A stretch of 42,749 bases of DNA from contig NC_057752.1 in the NCBI RefSeq assembly GCF_004010195.1, positions 1,867,976 to 1,910,724 of the forward strand, written 5' to 3'. The DNA comes from Chiloscyllium plagiosum. Taxonomy: Eukaryota. The first letter of the stretch is position 1. Each line of letters opens with the position of its first letter. Positions 10,884 through 19,380 of this stretch are shown here, piece after piece. The notes below the pieces were generated by a model that made no database searches, was not told the origin of the DNA, and worked only from the letters and a program-made list of their open reading frames with translations. Both the position numbers and the translations under genes were made by a program.

Positions 10884-11419
10884 ATGTTTACAGAAGCTTT
10901 TACAGTCAGTTTTTATGTTCCTTATAATTTTGCTCTCATACTCTATTTCCCACTCTTGATCAATCTTTTTGTCCTCTTATTGCTGAATTCTAAAATGCTC
11001 CCTGTCCTCAGGCTTACTGCCTTTCCTGGTAATTTTATGTCTAGTCCTCGGATCTAATACTATCACCAATTTCCTTTTCAAGCCGTTATTGAGCCACCTA
11101 TCCTCTTTTACGTTTGCACCAGATAGGAAAGAATATTGTTGTAATTCACACACAGATTCCTTAAATATCAGCCATTGCCAATCCACTGCCAGCCCTTTTA
11201 GTAAGGTTTTTTTCAATCCAGATCAATTCAGTATGGTGGACTGAATAGGCACAAAGGTAATACTGGATGGTATGACTTGAAATAGTTTGCCCCCTTAATA
11301 AAAGAGATGTTCTTTAAATGTAAGTTTCCATTTTTTTTAAAGAAGCAGGTGGGCCCAGCTTTAACAAGAAATCCTTCTCTGGGCCCTCATCTGTAGACGA
11401 AGTGATTGAACTGCAGGAA

Positions 11420-12250
11420 TTATGGGTGTGTTGCTACAGTTATACAGGGCTTTAGGGAGACTACATCTGGAATGCTTTGTGATGTTTTGGTCTCCATATT
11501 ACAGGCGGCATGGTGGCTCAGGGGTTAGCACTGCTGCCTCACAGTACCAGGGTCCCAGGTTCGTTCCTAGCCTCAGGTGACTGGCTGTGTGGAGTTTGCA
11601 CATTCTCCCCGTGTCTGCGTGGGTTTCCTCCGGGTGCTGCGGTTTCCTCCCATGGTCCAAAGATGTGCAGGTCAGGTGAATTGGCCGTGCTAAATTGGGT
11701 GTGTTAGTCAGGGGTGGTGGGTCTGGGTGAGTTACTCTTTGGAGGGTCGGTGTGGACTTGTTGGGCTGAAGGGCCTGTTTCCACACTGTAGGGAATCTAA
11801 TCTAATCATATTAATGGAAGGAGACACTTGCATTACAACAAAGATTTGCTGTATTGGTCTCTGGGATGACTGGGTTGACCTCAGGTGACAGATTGAGTAA
11901 ATTGGGTCTAAATTAGCAGGCGTTTAGATAAATGAGAGGAGATCTCAGGATTCTGAAGGTTCTTGATAGTGTTGTTACTGGGGCATTGTGTCCCCCTGGC
12001 TGGGGTATCTAGAACACAGAAGAAGCACAGTTTCAGGAGAAATGCCTTCAGTCTGAGGTGGGGGTAAATCTTTGGAATTTCCACAGGGCTGTGGAGGCTC
12101 AGTCACTGACTGGATTTACAAGAGTTTTAGCCTCTCGGAGAATCATGGGATATGGGAGGGAAAGCAGAGCTGAAGCCCCAGATGTGCCTTGATTGCACAG
12201 AATAGCGGAACAGGCTTGACGGGCCGAATGGCCTTCTCTTGTTTTTGTTT
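11420..12250 (+). mobile_element. old CR1 LINE fragment hosting an HE1 SINE
   Basis: LLQLYRALGRLHLECFVMFWSPY before the SINE; atgagaggagatctc, tggaatttcc and the 3'UTR gacgggccgaatggcct after it. Confidence 0.8.
11502..11806 (+). mobile_element. HE1-type V-SINE, full length
   Basis: tRNA head ggcggcatggtggctcaggggttagcactgctgcctcacag..ggttcgttcc; V-domain gtgtggagtttgcacattctccccgtgtctgcgtgggtttcctccggg; CR1-like tail plus (AATCT)n; 7-bp TSD CATATTA (11495-11501, 11807-11813). Confidence 0.92.
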
Positions 12251-12487
12251 TCTGTCTTCGGAAGTTGTTGAAATGCAACTTTTACAGATCAAGTGCTCCC
12301 AGCAAGGAAACGGGGCACATAGCACGGAGCCACAACCCTGGCCTGTGATTTTCCACTAACTCCTGCGACTGACCAGAAATGTGTCCAGAACAGCTGCGTT
12401 CATGTACTCTGTCTGCACCACAGCCACCAGTGCATGCACAACTGCTCATGATACATCCTAGCTCCTGCAAACATGAATGCCTGGGCA

Positions 12488-12545
12488 GCCTGGCCCGTTC
12501 ATCTAGAGCTCTTGATCCCTGAGTTATTGACTCGAACCCACACTG
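12488..12545 (+). pseudogene. degenerate tRNA-Lys(CTT)-like remnant (pseudogene or SINE head)
   Basis: gcctggc..gttca.tc.tagagc..tcttgatccctgagttattgactcgaacccacac aligns by eye to vertebrate tRNA-Lys-CTT with deletions and many transitions; followed by a T-run. Confidence 0.4.
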
Positions 12546-13144
12546 ATTTTTTTTCTTAACTGAATACTTTTTATTTATTTTTCAATCAAAGCCCTGAATC
12601 ATTGGGTGAGCGAAGGCCCTGTCTCCGGTACAAGAATTAAAAACACAGGAATTCCCTGAAGACAGAGCCCAAGAATACAGTCATTTGCAGAAAATGGTCA
12701 ACCATTTGAAAATGACACAAGATGGAGTAAGTCAAATATTTGGATGCTTCTCAAAGTCTTTTTGATCACAAAATGTCCGACCAAAAAAGCCCAATGTACT
12801 TCTGATTGAAATTTTAATAGTGCCTAACAAACAATCAGACCATTTTGAGGAACAGTTAACTCCAACATAATTCTGTTTTAATTATTTCATTCCCTAATAC
12901 CAGGTTTTTGGTTTCCATCTCACAACTTACTGTCAGCTGTCTGCCTGGTTGCAAATTTTAAAATGACGTAAGACTCCTGGTGCACTGAAAAAGCATCTCT
13001 CACTTCCTGTGAGTGACACTGCTTCTGAGCATGTGCAAGAGGTGCTCCCCTTAGTGTAGCTGCACCAAAACACCACCTTTTCTTTTCACCAAAGCAGTTG
13101 CCAGAGCTGAATCCCTTGTAGCTCAACATATAGGTTCATGAGCA

Positions 13145-14112
13145 TGATACCAGTATGGAGGGATTGTCTAATAAGCAAAGGCTAAACACCAGGACTCTAC
13201 CCACTGGAGTTGAGAAGAATGAGAGGTCATAGAGTCATAGAGGTGTACAGCATGGAAACAGACCCTTCGGTCCAACCCATCCATGCTGACCAGATATCCC
13301 AACCCAATCTAGTCCCACCTGCCAGCACCAGGCCCATATCCCTCCAAACCCTTCCTATTCATATATCCATCCAAATGCCTCTTAAATGTTGTCATTGTAC
13401 CAGCCTCCACCACATCCTCTGGCAGCTAATTCCACACACGTACCACCCTCTGTGTGAAAACGTTGCCCCTTAGGTCTCTTTTATATCTTTCCCCTCTCAC
13501 CCCAAACCGATGGCCTCTCCCCCATCCCAGGGAAAAGACTTTGTCTCTTTATCCTATCCATGCCCCTCATGATTTTATAAACCTCTATAAGGTCACCCCT
13601 CAGCCTCCGACGCTCCAGGGAAAACAGACCCAGCCTGTTCAGCCTCTCCCTGTAGCTCAAATTCCCCAACCCTGGCAACATCCTCGTGAATCTTTTCTGA
13701 ACCCTTTCAAGTTTCACAATATCTTTCCGATAGGAAGGAGACCAGAATTGCACGCAAACTCAATACTCTGACCAATAAAGGAAAGCATACATTGAAACAT
13801 TTCAAGTTCTTAAGGGGCTTGGAGGGTCAATGCTGAGAGGATATTTCCCCTCCATGGGAGAGTCTAGAACCAGAGAGCACAGTCTCAGAATAAGAGTGAG
13901 ATGAGGAGGAATTTCCTTTCTCCGAGCACTGAACACTTTACCACAGAGAGTGTGGGGCAGAGTCCTTGGGTATGTTTAAGGCTGAGAGAGAGAGAGATTG
14001 TTGATAGTAGGGGAATTAAGGGTTACAGGGAAAGGTCAGGCAAGTGGAAATGAGGAATGTCAGGTTAGCCGTGATCCCATGGAATGGTGGAGGACGCTCG
14101 AGGGGCCAAACA
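13145..14112 (+). mobile_element. old CR1 LINE 3' fragment hosting a young CR1
   Basis: ctggagttgagaagaatgagaggt / cattgaaacat is LELRRMRG / IET split by the insert; 3'UTR gaggggccaaacagcctcctcctgttcc. The 3' boundary is approximate. Confidence 0.8.
13226..13790 (-). mobile_element. young 5'-truncated CR1 LINE
   Basis: ORF 13481-13753 QFWSPSYRKDIVKLERVQKRFTRMLPGL..SLERRRLRGDLIEVYK; (CTATGACT)n tail at 13226-13240. Confidence 0.95.
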
Positions 14113-14204
14113 GCCTCCTCCTGTTCCAATTTCTTACAGTCTTATGGTCTAACAGGTTTAAGAAATGGAGATGGGAATTGGTGGGACTAAGGGTACTGTA
14201 GTAA

Positions 14205-14410
14205 TATGAGCATGTGAATTAGGATCAGAAGTAAACCATTCCGTTCCTGAAGCGTTTCAATTGAACCATTCAATTAGATCAGAGCTGGATCTGTGTGATT
14301 CAAATTCCACAATCCCATCGATCCCCAATAACCATTGAGTCCCCTGCCGAGAAGGAATCTATCCATTTCTGTCTTCAAAATGTCAATGACCCCTGCCTCC
14401 ACTGCCTTCC
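14205..14410 (-). mobile_element. CR1 3'UTR fragment
   Basis: ttaggatcagaagtaaaccattc...ccattcaattagatc...cctgcctccactgccttc resembles the other CR1 tails in the window. Confidence 0.6.
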
Positions 14411-14411
14411 G

Positions 14412-15013
14412 AGAAATACAAAAGTCAAGATAAAACAACATTTATGCTGTATGAGAGGAGAGTGTTGATTGTATATCTGATTGCTATTTTTTCCCATGTA
14501 GAATGCATAAGTTAATCAGAATGCATAAGTTAATCAGACTGACAGTTAACTGCCAAGCTTTGTTTATATTTTAAACAAGGCAGGTTGGCTCTGATTTCTT
14601 TCATGTCCCAGGACAATGCCTTGACTAGAAAATGGCTTCCATCTCTTTTGTTGCTGTGAAACTGATACAGCAAGTGCACATTCTCTCTGTTAGCAAAGAA
14701 TAGGACCCTGTGTATTAATATAGTGCCACAAGCCCAACTAACAATTCTAAATTACTGGTCAGCATAATACTTTATACACTCAGGGTTATGTAGCAAATGC
14801 TTTCCAATTGAGGAATCAAATCCAATGTTAGACACACTGAGCAAACCTGCCTTGGTTAACATTTAAACTAAGCTTGGTAGTTAACTGTCAGTCATGATTA
14901 GCTGGTGCATTCACCATGGCAAAGCCTGTAGCAGTCAGACTCCACTTGCTGATGAAGCAGCACTCTCCTCACACACAGTATGAATCTTGTTTTCCCTTTG
15001 CTTTGGTATTTCT
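14412..15013. mobile_element. foldback element with ~180-bp imperfect inverted arms
   Basis: Left arm 14412-14592 and right arm 14839-15013 are reverse complements, e.g. gactgacagttaactgccaagctttgtttatattttaaacaaggcaggttggctc versus gactgacagttaactaccaagcttagtttaaatgttaaccaaggcaggtttgctc. Confidence 0.8.
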
Positions 15014-15039
15014 TGTATATGCTGATAAAACTAAAGCCA

Positions 15040-15600
15040 TTCATGGGATGTGAGCAGTGCATCTAAAGTCTATATTTATTGCACATCCCTAGTTGTCCTC
15101 AGGAAGTGAGTAACGAGCTGTCTTCTTGAACTGCTGCAGTCCATATGGTGCAATACGCACATTGTGCTGTTAATTGGAGAATGCCAGGATATTGACCCAG
15201 AGACAGTGAAGGAACGGCGATAGATTTCCAATTCAGGATGAAGAGTGGCTTGGAGGGGAACTTGCAAGGAGTGGTGTTCCCATGTATCTGCTGCCCTTGT
15301 CCCTCTGGGTGTTAGAGGTGATGGGTTTGGAAGGTGCTGTCGAAGAAGTTTTCATGATTTTCTGCAGGGCATCTTGTTGATGGTACACACTGCTCCTACC
15401 GAGTATCGATGGTGGAGGGAATGGACGTTGAAGGTAGTGGAGGTGATGCCAATCCAGCGGGAGCTGCTTTGTCCTGGATGGTGTCGAGCTTCTTGAGTGT
15501 TGTTGGAGCTGCCCCCATCCAGGCAAGTGGGGAGTATTCCATCACACTCCTGACTTGTGCCTTGTGGAGGGTGCACAGTCTTTGGGGAGTCAGGAGGGGA
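15040..15600 (-). mobile_element. CR1-group LINE 3' fragment (second lineage, Zenon/Crack-like C-terminus)
   Basis: Reverse strand reads KAQVRSVMEYSPLAWMGAAPTTLKKLDTIQDKAA...LHHRYSVGAVCTINKM...SISWHSP; 3'UTR ggacaactagggatgtgcaataaa. Confidence 0.8.
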
Positions 15601-16124
15601 GATATTCAGAAATTAATTCTGGGCCACAGTTTGAATTCAGTTGAAGTGGAAATGGCAAAAGCAGCATGTGGTCCCAGCATTAAACCAGTTTATCAAGGTG
15701 TGGATATTCTGTCAAGCATTAATATTATGTTCTTTACAAAACATAAGTAGCAACACACACTGGACTGAACCGAGGTTCGATTCTCAATGATCAGGACAAA
15801 AGATCCTATCTACGACTTCAGTGCAATTCTTTTCAATTCAGAAGTAACATATTCGTTCTAATTACATTCCTGTGAGTTCACTTTATCCAGATCAGAACAA
15901 AATTGTGTGTTAATAAAGGAATCTACAGCTTTGCTTCACTTGTAAGTCTCCCCTTCTGAAAGACTGGGATTACTTCAGTTTTTCAGTTCATACAGCTCTT
16001 GTGCTGACAAGTGAGCTTGTAAAGTGACATTTCAAGCTAATTCTTTCCTTCATTCAATCCTAACATTTATGCCACCCCCACCCCCCCACCCCCGCCACCC
16101 ATGATGTCAAATCCTTTCTTTCTT

Positions 16125-16222
16125 TCTGTTCTGATGTAGCATCACCAGACTTGAAGCGTTAATTCTGCTTTCTTCCCACAGATGCTGCCAGACCTGCTGA
16201 GTTCTGCCAGCAGTTTCTGCTC
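16125..16222 (+). mobile_element. Penelope-type pLTR fragment with decayed hammerhead core
   Basis: ctgatgtagc..gacttgaagcgttaattctg...cacagatgctgccagacctgctgagt; homologous to 36652-36766 and 37198-37467. Confidence 0.6.
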
Positions 16223-16667
16223 TTGAGCCACATCTACCCCCTGTGCATTTTCCTTCATCTGCAGCTCCATACCTCAGTCACAGTATTCCAGTTTGAAGTG
16301 ACTCTTTCCCATAGCTATATATCTTCAGGACCATGAAGGATGGGACTTCCCGCTTTTCCAATGTGCTCCAAATGTCTTGTTTGGAGACAGAATCTTGTGG
16401 GAAGGGTTGGGGATATTCCCCTCAATCCCCTTCCTGTTTTTGCTAAACCGAAGAGGTCAGGCAAAGCTGAGTTTCGTGTTAGCCGACCCTGACCCTAACT
16501 GTGACCCGATCCACCACTCGCATCAAACTCACCTTCATTCCTCATGTACTGCCACAAGGATATCACCGGACAAACATGCTTCAGCTACCTGAAAGGAAAT
16601 CACCATTATTCCATTTGGGGCCTTCGGGTTTGAAACAGTCATTTATTTTGACATCATTGAATATCGC

Positions 16668-16766
16668 CTGAAAACAACAAACGCCGGCAATCACAGCGGG
16701 TCAGGCAGCACCCATGGGGAGAGAACAAGCTAATGTTTCAAGTCTGGATGACTCTTCAGAGCTGAC
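16668..16766 (-). mobile_element. Penelope-type pLTR fragment with hammerhead-like core
   Basis: Reverse strand: CTGAAGAGTCATCCAGACTTGAAACATTAGC...gctgcctgacccgctgtgat. Confidence 0.55.
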
Positions 16767-16769
16767 TTT

Positions 16770-17022
16770 GCGGCTGGTAGAATTTAAACTCAATGGATAA
16801 ACCTGGGATTAAAATTTAACGCCGGTAATGACAGCCATCATCAAACGCTATCAAAATCCATTGGGTTCACAAATGCTTTTTAGGGAGGGAAATCTGCCAT
16901 TCTTACTTGGTCTGGCCTATATGTGACTCCAGGCCCACATAGCCACGTGGTTGACCCTTAGCTGTCTTTTGTTGTAGCCTTGTAAACCACTGGGATTAAG
17001 AACAATTATGGATATGCAATAA
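16770..17022 (+). mobile_element. SINE family B copy (5'-degraded)
   Basis: gggaaatctgccattcttacttggtctggcctatatgtgactccaggcccac...gcaataaa. Confidence 0.75.
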
Positions 17023-17212
17023 AAACTGAAAGAAAATGACACGGAAAACTGCAGAGAATTGGTTTGCCTTAACTATGCTATATCCCACAGCGAGTATATC
17101 GTCCATGTATCGTTCATGTGACCTGATGTTTAATGGTCTCAGACTCCATCTACTTGGGTCCACTTGGAGCATGACATGCCGTTTGTAACTAAATAGCTCA
17201 ATAGTAGCCTAG

Positions 17213-18170
17213 ATATAAGAACATAAGGAACAAGAGCAGGAGTAGGCCATCTGGCTCCTCCAGCCTGCTCTGCCATTCAATAAGATCATGGCTCATCTTT
17301 ATCATGGACATCAGCTCCACTTATTCACCTGCTCACTATAACACTTAGTTCCTTTACTGTTCAAAAATCAATCTATCTTAGCTTTAAAAACATTCAACAA
17401 GATAGCCTCAACTGCTTTACCGGGCAGGGAATTCCACGGATTCACAAACTTTGGGTGAAGAAGCTCCTCCCTAACTCAGTCCTAAACCTGCTCCCCCATA
17501 TTTTAAGGCTATGCCCCCTCATTCTAGTTTCACCCGCCCGTGGAAACAACCTCCCTGCTTCGATCTTATCCATTCCCTGCATCATGTTATATGTTTCTAT
17601 AAGAGCCCCCCTCATTCTTCTAAATTCCAGTGAATACAATCCCACTCTATTCAATCTCTCCACGTAAGGCAACCCTCTCAACTCCGGGATCAACCTAGGG
17701 AACTTCCTGTGCACCCCCTCCAGTGGCTGCACTAGCGTTCTGTATAGTTGCAGCATGAGGCTGTGAGGCAAAGTTACTCCAGTTGTGGCCTCACCAGCAC
17801 CCTGTACAGCTGTAACATAACCTCCCTGCTTTTAAACTCCATCCCCCCTAACAATGAAGGACAAAATTCCATTTATCTGCTTAATTACCTGTAAACCAGT
17901 TTTTTGTAATTCATGCATGAGGACACCCAGGTCTCTCTGTATAGCAGCGTGTTGCAATTTTTCACCGTTTAAATAAGAGTCCATTTTGCAACCAAGACGG
18001 ATGACCGCACATTTACGAATATTGTACTCCATCTGCCAGACCCTTGTCCACTCCCGTAACCTATCTATGTCCCGCTTTCAGTGTCCTCTGCTCGCTTTGC
18101 TTTACCACTCATCTTAGTATCATCTGTGAACTTTGACGCATTACACTTGGTCCCCAGCTCCAAACCATCC
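17213..18170 (-). mobile_element. 5'-truncated CR1 LINE
   Basis: ORFs 17832-18032 (WQMEYNIRKC..IQRDLGVL) and 17442-17771 (SLEFRRMRGALIETY...FFTQ); tail cataaggaacaagagcaggagtaggccat. Confidence 0.92.
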
Positions 18171-18280
18171 ATCACCTAGCAGTGCCTGTCATTGTAATAT
18201 ACAGTATATAGATAGCAGGAGCTGAAAACAACAATGCTAAATCTTTCAGTACTACTTTACCCATACCTAGCTCTTATCGA

Positions 18281-18409
18281 ACATAGAACCGAGAAAAGTA
18301 CAGCACAGAACAGGCCCTTCAGCCCATGATGTTGTGGATTAATCCTAATCTAAATTAAAATAACCTAACCTACACACCCTCACTTCACTGCTGCTCATGT
18401 GCATGTCTA
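18281..18409 (-). mobile_element. CR1 3' tail fragment
   Basis: acatagaacc..gtacagcacagaacaggcccttcagcccatgatgttgtg matches the tail of the 6485-7313 copy. Confidence 0.75.
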
Positions 18410-18836
18410 TGTTACAGGAGTTAACATAAATATTGCCTCATCAGGTAGGAATGCCTTACTTTAGGTATAAAGAATCACTGCATCGACGGCCGGTCTTCAG
18501 GACAGATCAGATTATTCCCGATTTCACCTCCCTTTATCCTGAAAGCCAAGCACACAGCGCTGCTATACGACTAGAGAAAGAATTATCCAGTTTAGACCTA
18601 TCATTAAGCATGTTAGAAACATGGGCCTATCCCTGAGGTTCAAACAGATGAAGATTAAACCCCAGCATAAGTAAACCACTCAGGGTTACTGGTTTTTCCC
18701 CGCTCCCTGCCTCCTGAACCCCCAAATAAAGCAACAGGTTAAAGAATCTAAAGAACTGAAGCCAACTCCCTGAAGACCTGAAGTCATAGATATCAATCAC
18801 GGATCGGAAACGAGGAATGAGCTGCATATGCGAACA
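18410..18836 (+). mobile_element. candidate solo LTR
   Basis: Starts TGTT and ends AACA; TATAAA at 18466, AATAAA at 18725; CpG-richer than its flanks. No matching TSD found. Confidence 0.3.
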
Positions 18837-19074
18837 TACTGGGCTGCATTTTGACTTGGTACCCTCTCTAAAGCCTTCACATCCCTCCTAATGGGTGTTT
18901 CACTTTGTCCACTCTGTGAGGAGTTTGCCATTTCCTGCTTCCGCAGAGAATCAGGAATGGTTACGGCACGGAAGGAGGCCATTCAGCCTGTCATGTCTCT
19001 GCTGGCCCGCTGCAAGAGCCACTCAGCTGGTCCCACTCTCCGGCTGTTGCCTTGCGAATGCTCTCTTGGCAGTT

Positions 19075-19380
19075 GTGATAAGGCGGATGGGGGAAGGGTG
19101 GTTCCTCTTGTGGGAGAACCAGGGGCTACTGTTATAAAATGAGAGACCACCGTTTTAGGAGCGAGGAGAGGAGAAATTCTCCCCCTCAGAGCCTAGTGTG
19201 ACTTTGCAACTTTCCGCCTCAGAAAGAGGTGAAGAGTAACTGAATATTTTCAAGGTGGAGCTAGATAGCTTCTTGGCAGACGCCAGGTCGATGGAATTCA
19301 AAACACAAACGGATCTCATTGAATGATGGAGCTGCTTCAAGGGGCCGAATGGCCTACTCCTGCTCCTATTTTGTAAGTTC
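19075..19380 (+). mobile_element. CR1 LINE 3' fragment
   Basis: ttcctcttgtgggagaacc...ttcaaggtggagctagatag...ggggccgaatggcctactcctgctcctatt. Confidence 0.75.

Larger units (their letters stand above)
7674..11220 (-). mobile_element. old CR1 LINE (ORF2 remnant) split by three later insertions
   Basis: Collinear minus-strand pieces: 10977-11216 (QWLIFKE), 10558-10752 (LKADKSPGADNLHLRVLK), about 10380-10440 (QHGFMKGKS), 9190-9480 (NDLDEG), 8120-8452 (VQRDLGALV...LVRLH) and the 3'UTR at 7674-7800. Confidence 0.85.

Noticed and set aside
11499..11786. Recurrent small ORFs (also 26546-26817, 36102-36325) as a gene family
   Set aside because: They are translations of HE1 SINE copies.
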